This document shows, piece by piece, positions 1 to 12,245 of a stretch of 64,000 nt of DNA. The stretch spans positions 97,216,001-97,280,000 of the forward strand of contig OZ076409.1 in NCBI GenBank assembly GCA_964187785.1. The letters are read 5' to 3'. The notes under the pieces were generated by a model. That model worked only from the letters and a program-made list of their open reading frames with translations. It ran no database searches and had not been told where the DNA came from. This DNA is from Amphiscolops sp. MND2022 (taxonomy: Eukaryota). A program made the translations under genes and the position numbers. The number at the start of each line of letters is the position of its first letter. Position 1 is the stretch's first letter.

Positions 1-409
1 GCTCGGTCTCCCTCTTTTAGGTACCGTGGAAAACAATACTTGACGTCCTTTGAATACTTTGAAAATACTTTGAAGTCGTGTTGTTATTTTTCAGCCTTAA
101 GCAGGGCGCCAACTTATGCAGTTCCCACAATGCTTTTAAATTACGATTCCTACTTCAGCTGAGAAATTCTCTGATCTTTAATGGAACCCGAAATAAACGG
201 ACGATAAATCGCGTTTTAACTAGCTATTGGTGGGATTCAAAAACTTTGATGTTGTCTTGAGCTTATCAGCAATTGCTGTTTGTATCAATGGTCACTCAAT
301 TGTATCAACGCTAGAACATCAACATCAAACTGACTGTTGGTTGACAATTTGGCTGCAAAATGATAGCATAGATTGCTATGAGGTAAATGTTTCCAAAAAA
401 AATACATAT

Positions 410-2525
410 TTAAAAAAACATCAATTCACTTACGGAAATCTTTCAAGGTCTGAATGGTCTCTCCTTGACTTTCTCGGTGTTGTGAGATTCTCAGATCAGT
501 GGACTTTGGTTGCTTTGAGGAAAGGATGATTTTTTGTCGCGAAAGAAAAAGAAACAGAAACTCTTTGTTTGTTCTCTTTCTGTTACCTATTTGTAGCAAA
601 ATTAAATTTTCTAAAACATTTAGAAAAAAGGCGCCATATGTCAACGTGCTTATTTAGCTTGAGCTTCATATAATTTAGCTTGAGCGTGCATATAATCGCT
701 GATGCAATATCGGCCTTATCTCTCTGAAATGCAGACTTGAATATTTCTAGGAGAATAGACAAGCATGTGCTCAATCCACCTGGCTAAGCTTATTTAGCGT
801 TTTTCTGAGCGTCGGAAGAAGACGAACCCACGCTGCTTTTGTGTCTCGCTCTCGGCTTGAGACTGTTCCAAAACTGGTGTTAGTCTTGACAGTCGTTTAT
901 TCCATTGGAGTGTCAGTACGGGGAGTTTCAAGCTATTCAGTGCTGCGAACGAATAAGAGTTGAATGAATACTTAACACTTTGAACATTCGGTCTGTTCAA
1001 AAAATGAGCTATTCGGAATGAGGTCTCTCTGCTCTGGACACAAATTTTAAAGGTCGCTTTGAAGGTTACAAACTGCCTAAAATACCAGATCTATATTTCA
1101 TCTTTGATTGGAGCCACTGTCGTTTTTAGTCGGCGCTTTTATTAACTAAACGAATACCTGGGAAACGCATCTACGTGAACAGTTGAAAGAATTTGTTTCA
1201 ACTCATGGTTTTCACCTCATTTTTAAATAAACCTATCGAATATACAAACTTTCGCTGCATTCGAGTGTGTCTCTCTGTTGCATAACAGTAGAATCAAGTC
1301 AAACTACCTTTTGCAGTGTGAAAATATAACAAGCCGGGACCGGCCCAAGTCGGCGTCATATCCAAGGCTCAAAAATAGCAAAAGGACATCAAAGTTTCAA
1401 AGTGTTCTCTTCTACAGCACTAAAAAATTTTCTTTTGAAAAAAGTTTCAAAAAGCCGAAAAAATTGAAAGGGGGGACCCTTTGGGATTTTTCTATACCCA
1501 GTCTGTCGCAAAACCCAAAAAAAATGAAGAAGGGACCCTTTGGGAAAATTTTTTTCCGAAAAAAAATCTCGCAATGCCGGGAAAAAACTGAAAAGGGGGA
1601 CCATTGTATGTTATGCGGGAAACTATTTGGTTCTGTTCCCTGGGCCAACAGGTGAAATTTGAAATTTTGTAGAACTTTTGGTAGAACTATTTTGGTCAGT
1701 TCAGGTGGTCTTAAAAAACACTGACGAAAATCCATGACTATAGTCGACTCTTTTCTCTAGAAAAGCGCCGACTAATAAAAAACTGAGTGGCTGTAGTAGT
1801 CGGGCTTTTTATTCAATAACAGAGACAACCAAAAATGACAGTGGCTCCAATCAAAGATGAAATATAGATCTGGTATTTTAGGCAGTTTGTGACTTTTAAA
1901 GCGACCTTTAAAATTTGTGTCCACAGCACAGAGACCTCATTCCGAATAGCTCATTTTTTGAACAGACCGAATGTTCAAAGTGTTAAGTATTCATTCAACT
2001 CTTATTCGTTCGCAGCACTGAATAGCTTGAAACTCCCCATACTGACACTCCAGTGGAATAAACGACTGCCAAGGCTAACACCAGTTTTGGAACAGTCTCA
2101 AGCCGAGAGCGAGACACAAAGCAGCGTGGGTTCGTCTTCTTCCGACGCACAGAAAAACGCTGAATAAGCTTAGCCAGGTGGATTGAGCACATGCTTGACT
2201 ATTCTCCTAGACATATTCAAGTCTGCATTTCAGAGAGAAAAGACCGATATTGCCTTGAGAAATTATGTGTAGCTCAAATTTATTAAGCATATTGACGTGA
2301 GGCGACTTTTTCTAAATATTTTGGAAAATATAATTTTGGAACAAAGAGGTAACAGAAAGAGAACAAACAAAGGGTTTCTGTTTATTTTTCTTTCGCGACA
2401 AAAACTCATCCTTTCCTCAAAACAGCCAAAGTCCACAGATATCAGGATCTCACAATGCCGACAAAGTCAAGGAGAGATCCTTTAGACCTTGAAATATTTC
2501 CGTAGCTGAATTTATGCCTTTTAAA
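410..2525. repeat. ~700-bp inverted repeat (arms ~410-1126 and ~1832-2525) around a ~700-bp spacer
   Basis: ORFs 794..1000(-) and 1889..2167(+) encode near-identical peptides. gagccactgtc (1111) pairs with gacagtggctc (1837). tcaattcacttacggaaatctttcaaggtc (421) pairs with gaccttgaaatatttccgtagctgaattt (~2485-2513). The arms are diverged. Confidence 0.85.
1328..1775 (-). mobile_element. Helentron-associated (HINE/DINE-1-like) non-autonomous element
   Basis: 3' end (as reverse complement) aacaagccgggaccggcccaagtcggcg at 1328. 5' stem-loop agtcgactcttttctctagaaaagcgccgactaa at 1742-1775. Confidence 0.65.
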
Positions 2526-2807
2526 GCAGTACTCTTTCCGGATACACTCACCCTATAGCAGTCTATGCTACCAAATTTGCAGAACTAGTAGTGATAAAAA
2601 CTCAAAGTGCTTGTTGAGTTTTTTTCCAACCAACAGCGTCTCGCCATTCGTTCAGTTCAATTCCGATAAAAACGGACTAGCGGAACTCCTCTGTAATACT
2701 TTCTGTTCTTCCTCGACGCTATTCCATTAAGGCTCGACAATTACAGTGACTAGTTTTTTAGTCAGCGCTTCTCTTGAGAAGAAAGCCCGATTGTTACCAA
2801 TGGCTAG

Positions 2808-3291
2808 TTTTTAGTCGGCGCGTTTTCCTTTTAAGGAAAAGTGCCCGACTATAGCAGTGACCTTTTTTTCAGACTACAATCCTCACACTGATCGGTCCAC
2901 TTTTTAGAAACAATCCTGAAACCACATAAAGCCAAGTCCGGCCAAGGCAAACTTAGTCCAAAGGGTCCCCCTTTTCATTTTTTTACTCTTAAACTTAACC
3001 TACAAAACCGGACGGGACTAAAGAGTCCCTCTTTCGATTTTTTTCGGCATTGTGCGACTTTTTTTCGAAAAATTTTTTAATGTCCCCAAAGGGTCCCCCA
3101 TCCGAGTTTTTTGTTATTTCGCAACAGAAAGTATGTTTATAAATCAAAATGGTCCCCCTTTTACATTTTTCGGCACTATGTGACAATTTTCGGAAGAAAA
3201 AAATCAAAAATTTCAAGTTTTTTTCCAAAAAAAAGTTTTGCGCTTTTTGAGCCTTGGATATAGCGCCGACTTTAGACGTTCTCGTCTTGTT
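2808..3291 (+). mobile_element. HINE-like element
   Basis: 5' tttttagtcggcgcg...cccgact stem-loop. 3' gcgccgact + agacg-ttct-cgtct hairpin + tgtt. A second isolated 3' hairpin end (agacg-ttcc-cgtct-tgtt) lies at ~3345-3362. Confidence 0.65.
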
Positions 3292-3419
3292 TTCTTTTCT
3301 TTTGTTTCGTCAGACCAAAGTGCTCACCCTGTATTCGCAACTTGAGACGTTCCCGTCTTGTTTGGAAATTGGAACTTTCTCTGAAATTTGGTGCTTTTCA
3401 ACCAATGGTTTGACATTTT

Positions 3420-3790
3420 TTGGCTGTTTTTCGTTGCGCAGTAAGTTCATTCATTCAAAATTATACACTAACATACTTGAAGAAGAAAAATTTGACGTTA
3501 CAGTACAAGCACCCTTAGTTGAAACTGCAGGAATTTTTTTCATGCAGGGTAAATTTTATGAAGCCTAGAAAATTCAGTGAACTTCGGATGGTAAACCATA
3601 TAGAATTACACTGCATTTTCCACTACTGCAATTAAATTTGAAAACAAATTTCGATTCATTACCGACACGATCACTTTGTAGTAACACTTTGTTTTCTTAA
3701 CTACTCATCTGATGTGATCACCGCATCTCAAATAGCACGCTAAACATGGCGCTAATTTGCAGTTTATTACCCGACTGAAGTTACTTTGCA
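3420..3790. repeat. Unclassified dispersed repeat (related copies at ~11000-11545, ~40780-41260, ~51600-51900)
   Basis: Shared blocks such as gaattttctaggtttt...cagcatttaaaaagttccagca at 11461-11530 and 41180-41242, with the reverse complement near 3500-3700. Confidence 0.55.
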
Positions 3791-4640
3791 TTGAATTAGC
3801 GGTAAAATTGATAGCAATTTATTTGAGTTTAACCCTAATTAGCATCGTGGTACGTATTTGCACCACTTGAGATCTGCAAATTTGTAAAGGCACCAGCTGA
3901 CCGTATGGTAAAGATAACTCTTGAATAAGATTTTCAGACAAAATTACATAGCATTGCACACTTCTTCACGGAATGTTTACTTGATATGACCAAAATCGAG
4001 AAAACGGGACCAAAAAATCAAAAAAAAATGAGCGCAAAATTTCAGTTTTTCCTGTTTTCTTGTGTGGCCTCATTATCCCACTGGTGACAATATTGGTTCA
4101 AAGAGACCCCAGAATGTCTTGAATCATGCTGAAATGCAGTCAGAAACACGATGCGTGCAAAGTTTTGGCGCGGAGTCCGGAGCCAGTGCTATTTAAATCA
4201 AAAAGAATTTAAAAATGAAATAAAAATCAAAATGAAAGCCTTGATTGTCTTCTTTTAAATGCGGTAAAATTGTTTGTCGGGCTTGAATACTTTGGGAGAT
4301 ATTGCGGTTTAAAGTTTTTAATTGCACCAGATTTTTGGATGGATCCCGATAATTCAACACGCCATTCCGGGTTAAAAGAATAGCTGCTGCTTAATGAAAC
4401 GTGCAAAACTTCAAGGCTTAAACTTGCGGCCAAAACTTTTGATGATGCTTATCAAGCTTAATAAAAGTTGATGACAACAGAGAAATTTTAACGCATAAAA
4501 GTTGCTGTAAGAGTTTTAGAAAATTAGATTAAAAGTTGCTGGCAACATTAAAGTACATGCAAAAAGTTCGAGCCGTTTCAACAAAAGGACTTGACATATA
4601 TGTCATGAAAACTGATCCTGTCATTATTTAAAACACCACG

Positions 4641-4964
4641 CCACTAAGCTAGAGATGAAGGACTTGCTAAAGGCCCAACAATGGCGAGTTGAGAGAGAAA
4701 TTCGAACCTGGTACCGCCCAGTACAAGCCGAATGCTCTAACCACTACACCATGTTCACGCAGCATCGGTGAGCAGTCAGACCTTTGTGACCTTGAGCAAG
4801 TTACTTTAAAACCACATCGTTGCTTGAGCATTGGGCTCCAAATATGGTACCATAGCGTGCTATGGGGAGATAGTATCCGAAAAATGGCGCTGACTTAGAA
4901 AAGCAGAACTGTTTAATCGGCGTCCATCCCGCGGATTGGGGAAATTAACTTTCTTCTTTCTTCT
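4641..4964. mobile_element. tRNA-derived SINE with an inverted 5' part
   Basis: Head on minus (A box TGGTGTAGTGG, B box GGTTCGAAT; 4756->4641). Body on plus from 4766 with the CORE/MIR-like motif TGTGACCTTGAGCAAG and a (ttc)n tail. Homologous to 31736-32129. Confidence 0.7.
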
Positions 4965-6699
4965 GTATACTAAAACTCCTCATGCCGACCATGAATTGTC
5001 AAATTAATTTAAATTTGGTCGCTTCTGACTGCTGAAAAGTATTAAAGAATGGAGGCCATTTTTGATGCAACAGTCCTTTGCAACGGATGGTATGCTCTGA
5101 CTTTCTTTTCACGAAATGACGTCATTTTATGTACCATAATTTCACTGGTGTTTGGCATTCTTTGAACCAGTGGTTGAAACTGCAGTTATAAGATGGTTTA
5201 ATTAGATGGCATGTTTGCCAATATAACACCATGTGTTACGTGGCTCCATTTCTATAGTTATTCCAGCTCCATAATTTCTTTATTGTTTTGAATACGTTTT
5301 GTTTTCACTGGTAATTCCATTCATAAAGTCGTTGAAATTCGTTATTACAACATAGTTGAACACTAAATACAGCTTGTGACATTCCCTAGTTTTGAGTTTT
5401 GTCTTCATTTATACACAATATAGTTAAAATTTATTCGACTTTACTTTGAATAGAAATTCACACTTGCCAATATTTCGCCAAACCAGTCGAGAAACCGTTA
5501 CGGAACACTTTTACACTTTTGAGGAATCATACTTTTCCAATTTTATGCGTCTCTAGTCGAAACTTCGAAAGCTTAATAACGAAGTTTCGTGTTTCGGATG
5601 TCCAAAAATAAAACGAGTGTCTCATTGTAACCTATGTAACGAATGGGATAAAATATGCAAATTTTTTGTAACTAAAAACATGAGTCAAAGATTTATTTAT
5701 TCGAAAATTTTCCAATTAGAAAGATAACTACAGTAGTGATTCTAGAAGAAGCAACATAGCACGCGGAAAGAAAGCGATTTCCAAAACATCATTTTTTAGT
5801 TTTTTGAATTTTTGACCCACTTACAATTTTTTGGTTTCAAAATAATTTTGACAGAAAAATTCTCCCAAACATTTGGAATCTGACAATATATCTTTTTCTC
5901 GAGAATATTCTAAATTGCATTAGTATGAGCTTGTTGTAAGTTGTGAAACTTCGAAATCGTATCTTAATACATGTACTTTCGAAAAAGTCTAATTTTACAG
6001 CGTATTTTTTCTAACATTTTAGGATGATTTCTACATCAAAACATATCAAGGGCTTCAGTTAAATCAGGGGAGTCAATTGAACAAAAAATATTTCAAAAAT
6101 TTTGAGCAAAAGTAGACCAAAAGTGAAAAAAACCTCAATTTTGACCTAAATTTGGTTAAAAATGGCCTATCGTAATTTCTACAATTTTCATCGCATAACC
6201 TTCAAATAAACATATTTGTAAACTAGATAAAAATCTGAGAAACTTTCACTTTCATCATTTTTCAAAAATCGCTGCTGTTTTAGAGATATTCGATTTTGAG
6301 ATTTGCCTTTTGTTGCTTTTAAAAATATCACTACTGTACTTATTGGAGAGTGAAAACGTATGGAAAATCTTCCCGAGAAGCGTCTTCTATTTTCCTGTTT
6401 GCTGAAAGTATAAAATTGTTAATTTATGTATAAGTTGTCATAACGTTTTGTCAAAGCTTTGAAAACTGTATAACTGACGACTTTTGCAAAACGTTTTTAA
6501 GTGAATTTTCACAGTGAGCCCCGTGCATATTTTAGTCCTACCACAGATCTGTGGTTCGAACCACATCATAAGATAACATTGTCGCAAAGACATGCATAAA
6601 AACATGAACGCAATCAGCGGAGAAATCGTTTGGACAAAAATCTCAGGGCGTATCGAGAAAAGTTTCCCGCAAATAGTTTCACTACACCCAAATGGCAGA

Positions 6700-7683
6700 C
6701 CCGGGTTGACCCTCTTACTAGCATCTTCGCTGTCTTGGCAAGATCTTACCAAATTCTTACTACATCTTGGCAACCATGGATCCCATGGCAAGATTCTTAT
6801 TAGGATCTTACTAAGATGATACATTATTCCAAGATCGTATCTTGTCACGATGGACAAAATTCTAAATTGTAAAAAACACTATACCTTCGGTACAAGCAGC
6901 CGAGACTCAATCTAAAGGCTCATTTGAAATTATTTCTACTGGTTTTCATAATCAACTTGCTTCAAACCGCTGACATAAAATTGCATGCAAAAATGTGCGA
7001 AAAATTACGATAACGTATTCTGACTTCCGAAATTCTGACGAGAATCCTAATAACTCCTCACCTGTTTAAGAGTGAAAAATGCGAATGTACCAAATGTAAC
7101 TGTAATTTGTAATAAACTTGTAATTTATCACTCCTGTCGATTCCAGAGACAGAGAAAAATGGTCTCAAATGTCCAAAGCCACTATCGGAAAATTATACAG
7201 GGAACACTAAGAAAGCCGGAAATTGTTTGCAAATACATTTCTCCAGTTTTCTTTGAGCCTGTTTCAGCAGTCCTATTACTGCTGGAAATGGTGGTCATTG
7301 CCCCGATTTGGGTACTGATTCAGCTCGAGGGTTTTATGACGCCGTTGTTTGCGACGGTTTTGCAAATGAAAGAACAATTTAATCAGTCCCTAAATTAACA
7401 GCATAAGGACTCTTCAATCAAATTTTATACCTTGCTAACACAAAATTGTCATGTCTAACAATATAAATCTGCAAAGATGTTGATTTTTGTTGACTTCCTT
7501 TCAGATTTTTTTCTGGCCATATAGGATTTTACAATGAAATTTTTCTTGGGAACATGGCTCTCTTGATAATATCTTACCATGACATCTTACAATTTTTGGC
7601 AAAATCTTGTCACGATCTTAGCTAAGATTTTTCCAAGATCTTGCCAAGATCTTACTAAGATATCCATGGAGGGTCGACCCGGG
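6700..7683. mobile_element. Non-autonomous TIR element (CCC-ended, possibly CMC/EnSpm-like)
   Basis: TIRs CCCGGGTTGACCCTC (6700) and GAGGGTCGACCCGGG (7669-7683), 1 mismatch. GA on both flanks (possible 2-bp TSD). Subterminal aagatctt repeats at both ends. Confidence 0.65.
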
Positions 7684-7688
7684 GAAAT

Positions 7689-7724
7689 ATGGGAAACCTC
7701 CAAAATCTTCGCCTCATTCTGATG
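7689..7724 (+). CDS. Candidate first coding exon (MGNLQNLRLILM), possibly of the endophilin-B-like gene
   Basis: aatATGG start context and strong phase-0 donor ATG|GTAAGT, compatible with the phase-0 acceptor at 12894. No homology proof. Confidence 0.3.
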
Positions 7725-7787
7725 GTAAGTTTATGTAGCTCCACTGCATGATCCACCGATGTAGCATCGGTGACGACAGATGGATTC

Positions 7788-7842
7788 TGATTGGTTGGCG
7801 ACCAGAGCAAAGTTTCAAGATCCTCCAATCGTCAGCCAATCA
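7788..7842. promoter_or_regulatory. Cluster of three CCAAT boxes (promoter-like)
   Basis: ATTGG at 7790, CCAAT at 7825 and 7836, in non-repeat-looking sequence. Confidence 0.35.
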
Positions 7843-8539
7843 CAATCGATCAATGATCTGGCCAAGCCTTCCAAGTAGTCATTATTTTTGAAAAGATTCA
7901 ACATCGAGCTTCTGACAAGTTGAGTATTGTACTTTGCTAAATTTCGCTCTTTAGTTAAAAACAGCCATGATTAGAAAGGCCATTCGGCATTCTAACGCAC
8001 TAAAAAGTTGCATTGCTGTAAAATTAGTAGTGCACTACAATTTACCACATAACCGGAAAATTTTAAACCAATGCAAATTTTTACTGCGGGTCAATCAACA
8101 AATACTTTGCAAATAATTTCGACAGTAATTGCAAGATAAAAGAGCAAGCAATTCATTCCAAATATTCCATATAACGTGATGGTACTTCAATAAAATGCCG
8201 CATACTGTGAACTCACATTACAGGATAACAAAAGTATATAAATACAAAAAGCGTTTTCCGATAATTCTCTTAAATTTCTATTGAGCAAATGCTCCAAAGC
8301 TTTTATCATTTCATAAAATTCTTTGAGTTCAACTGTTTCTCTAACGGATTTCTCTAACGTCAATATAAAGACGCTTACATTCGTTGAAAAGTTTACCAAT
8401 GGCATTCAAAGACTTTTCTTCCAGTGCTTCAACTTTTATGAGCCGAGCCAAGGTTAGTTTACTCTCACGTCCATTCAAACCCAGGTGATAGTTGTTAATT
8501 AGGTCATAAACAAGAAGACTGCCAAGAAGGCAACTAGGG

Positions 8540-9230
8540 ATCTTTTCGTTCTGGTAATCAGAGAGACCCCCACCGATATAATTACCCCAGTTAGGCGGTC
8601 AAGTGAAATTATCAATATCTCAACAAATTGTTAAAGCTCCTGAAAACCAAAAATCTTACAAGTCAGAACAAAAAGATTTTCCGTCTTTGACATTGTTCGA
8701 TAATTCGGTTCTCGATTTTTTTTACCTTGCTGATATTTATTTAAATGGTGTTCTTTTCAGTCTGGTGTGTACAGTAAACCGCATTTCTCAGTTTTCATAG
8801 CTCGTTCGTTATCACATTTTGCGTGTGCATACGGGGTGGACAATATCAAAGTTTCTATATTTCTGTTTTTACAATTTTCTTCATACTTTTGAGCTTATTT
8901 TTTCAAACGTAATTTTCCAGTAGAGTCAATATGTATTTCATGTTCCAGTTCGACTGAAACTTTCAATTTCTGAAATGCTTTCTTTTCAGTTTTTGATATT
9001 CAAAGCTTTCATCTGAGACGAGGCATGCTGTGCGACCAGTCACATTCCACTCTATGTCTTCATTATCCGGCTACCACAAGCTCTTCGCCGCTTCAGTTGT
9101 CATCTTCATCGCACCAGCTTGACCGAAATGTAAGATTTATAGTAAACGTCTTCTGAGATCAAACGGGACTACAGTCTGGTCCTCAACAGAAACCAGACCA
9201 CCCCGAATTGATGACGTTTCAAATACCGCT
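8540..9230 (-). pseudogene. Degenerate Gypsy integrase remnant, related to the element at 56666-62612
   Basis: Minus-strand translation SIRGGLVSVEDQTVVPFDLRRRLL*ILHFGQAGAMKM...W*P resembles STRFGLLFYNDRIVIP...LHHGH...WWP. ILSTPYAHAKCDNERAMKT resembles CTPNLHTGTGLVERAIRSIK. Many stops. Confidence 0.6.
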
Positions 9231-12200
9231 TCGTAACATTCCGGAGATGCTTCTCGGTCTTGCTGTTCGCGTCTCATACTGGCTCTAACTAAGGTTGAGG
9301 ACCTAATGCAGTCTTCGATGTCAGGCTCTTCAGATCCAGCATGTATAGTGCTTTTCGAGATTGTCTAAACACCTGTTTCCGTCATCTTTGTTTCCGTCAT
9401 CTTGTTGTTGTTACACTGTAATACCGAGTCCCCACCCCGGTTGTGCTAGTATCTGTAGTTACCATGTTGTCTTTGTCTTTTGCGATATGATTTTAATTCC
9501 TTTGTAATTTAAGGCTGTTTTGGTTTCAGTACTTTATCACTTTTTCTTAGTTCGGTTTAATCCAATTCTCATCTATTTGGTGTCCTTTTTGTCCGATTTC
9601 TGAGAAATTCGGCCTTTCTTTCGCTTGCCGGTATCCGGTTATCTCGATTTCAGTTAGGACATCAAAACGTTCTTGTTGTTTTTCACGAGTTACCACTATT
9701 GTCATCTAGTCAAGCATATTCAAGCCGAGTACAAAATTCATAATTTCGGTCGATTTTTTTCTTGAAATTTTGTGAGTTTATTGCCACGTACCTGTAACTT
9801 TTGTTGAATCTATAATATCCACTGAAGTTTCCTCCAAATAATGCGAACACACTTTGTGGGAATAGATATTTTCTACAGATTTAGTTTTTTCTTCTAACAA
9901 TGACGAAATGTCCATGTTATGTTCTCCCTTGGTAAACTGGTGAAGATTTTAAGCACTGTCTCGTTTTATACAGCGCTGTGTTGGTGTCGACACCGGGTTG
10001 CTGTCCGTTGTTTTTGAATCTAGACTCGGTACGGTAGTTTTCTCTGCCATTTTCAGTTGTCATTTTGTCGTAAGAATTTCGGTTCAATTTGTACAAATTT
10101 GACTAACTGCGCCATTCTATCTATTCTAGGGCTAAGGTTAAGAAACCAGAAAATACTGAAAAAGGTATGTCTGAACAACTGTTCTTTAGCGAAATTATTA
10201 TATTTAAAAAACATAATACAAAATCAGTTGATTCAAGTTTGTTTATCCACAATTTGCAGGTAGGCTAGACCGAAACTAGAGGTCTAGAAGTCAGAACGAG
10301 AACGGATTGAGACCGTGTAACACATGATATATCTGCAGCATGTAAAAAGTTGCAGTTGTCTCGACTAGGGAAGGCTGAGACATCTCAACAAACACCCCGG
10401 CTTTGAAATAATCCTTCGAGTATCACTTGAACTGCATTTCGTCACGGTCTCTTCACCCTATAACATTCCACCCCTGTCCCACACCAATCACCGATTTGAC
10501 AAGACGTTGACATTTACACTCTTGAGTAACCTTAGCAAACTTCCTGAAGTTGCCTCAAAAACATCCATTGTTGCTGGGAGAACTCATGTAAAAATATTAC
10601 TATGAAAAATACTTAAAGTAAAGTACCTGAGAAGTGTCTCAAAAAGTTTCTATAAAAAGTTACTGCATTATCAGATAATGATATCTGTAACGCAGGGTTA
10701 AAACTATTAAGAAACAAAAGGACCACATTTGCTTCAGAAAATAGAGTTTTTAACTCTCTGGTATGAAAGAATTGTTGTAATTCTGAAAAATTAGAAAACC
10801 TAAGGCTTTCACTTTTTTGTTGCCCGCAAAACTTTTTTTGGACCATGGAGCTTCAGGTAAAATCAATCACTGAAAAATTAGAATAAAATGTCAAAAGTAC
10901 GGCATTGGAATAGGGGGGGTTACAGTTTTGAGGTGAAAATTGGCATTTTGGTTCGGAAATACCGAGTAAGTTCATCAATTGTTGGCGTTAGTTAACAACG
11001 TTATGATTTGGGGACGTTATTTCCTAACCCATTTGAAATTACTTGAAGGTTTTGCATGCGTTTCAAAATTGCCTGCTACTTTTATGATTTTCTTAAACTC
11101 TTACGGAAACTTTCATGCGAAACTATTTCCGCTGTACTCGGCTTTTATGAAGCTGCTTGCAAGATTCAGTAAAAGTTTGGAGGTAATTTTAAGTCTTGCA
11201 GTTGCAATTTTGAAAGTTTTACCGCCATTTAAATTCAAATTAACATGAACTGCAAGCTCAAACTGCGTAATAAACTGCAAACTTGTGCCATGTTTAGCGT
11301 GCCACTTGAGAAGCGATTGTCACATCAGATGAGTAGTTGAGAAAACAAAGTGTAAATACAAAGTGATCGTGTCGATAATGAAGTGGGATTTATTTTCAAA
11401 TTTGATTGCTGTAGTAAAAATGCAGAGTAAATCTTCAAGATTTACCACCGAAAACTTTATGAATTTTCTAGGTTTTTTATAAATAAAAATTGCACAATTT
11501 ACAGGGCTCCAGCATTTAAAAAGTTCCAGCAATATCAACTAGAGAATCTTCAGCCTGTCTTTGAAAGGCCCGTTGCTCGCGAAAACCGGGGATATTTTGG
11601 AGAAAACCGGGGACATTTTGCCGGAAGAACCCTTTGTAAAGTTTTTTTCATCGTTGAAGTCTGTGGCAGCAGTTTTTATTTTAGAAAATGCAATTGAAGA
11701 TTGGCAAGTCGGCGCCCTTCTCAAAGTTGAAAAAGACCAAAGTTTTGTATATATGCAAAAGAACACAATTTGAATTTTTTTCGGAAGAAGTCTCATAGTG
11801 CCGAAAAAGAAACTTTCAAATCGCAAAACTACGTTTTCAAGCCGAAATCAATTATGAAAACGAGGGGCGTACACTTCGGCCAAATGAAAGTTCTTTCAAA
11901 AAAAAATCAAACAGAGCCGAAAAAATATATAGGCGTTTTCCACAATCAATAAACTCATCAGCTCCATTGGATCAAAAATTGACAAATGAGTCACCCTCTA
12001 GATTCGGGAAACATGTTTCCTTTCCGAAAATCCTCATAAAATTTAAAAATGTGGAAAGTTTTTTCAATTTTTCTAGCTCAGTAAGTCGCATAGTGCCGAA
12101 AAAACCTGAAGTGGCCATCTATGATCGCAAAACGCTTTGTCTCTGCTGAAAATCAAGGGAGGGGGTATAGGTTTGAATGAAAAATTAGATAAAATTGCTT

Positions 12201-12245
12201 TTTGCCGAAAAGTTTTTTCGTCTCCCCTTTAATTTTGCAAGCATT

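Noticed and set aside
1278-1735. Lys/Phe-rich ORFs here and at 2995, 12202, 19680, 31052, 33347, 38065, 54032
   Set aside because: Spurious frames across A/T-run-rich HINE copies.
4980-5460. Possible decayed coding sequence on the minus strand
   Set aside because: Only short frames with many stops and no motif I could assign.
8490-8520. Rab-like GSLLVYDL motif
   Set aside because: No flanking G-box motifs; chance resemblance.
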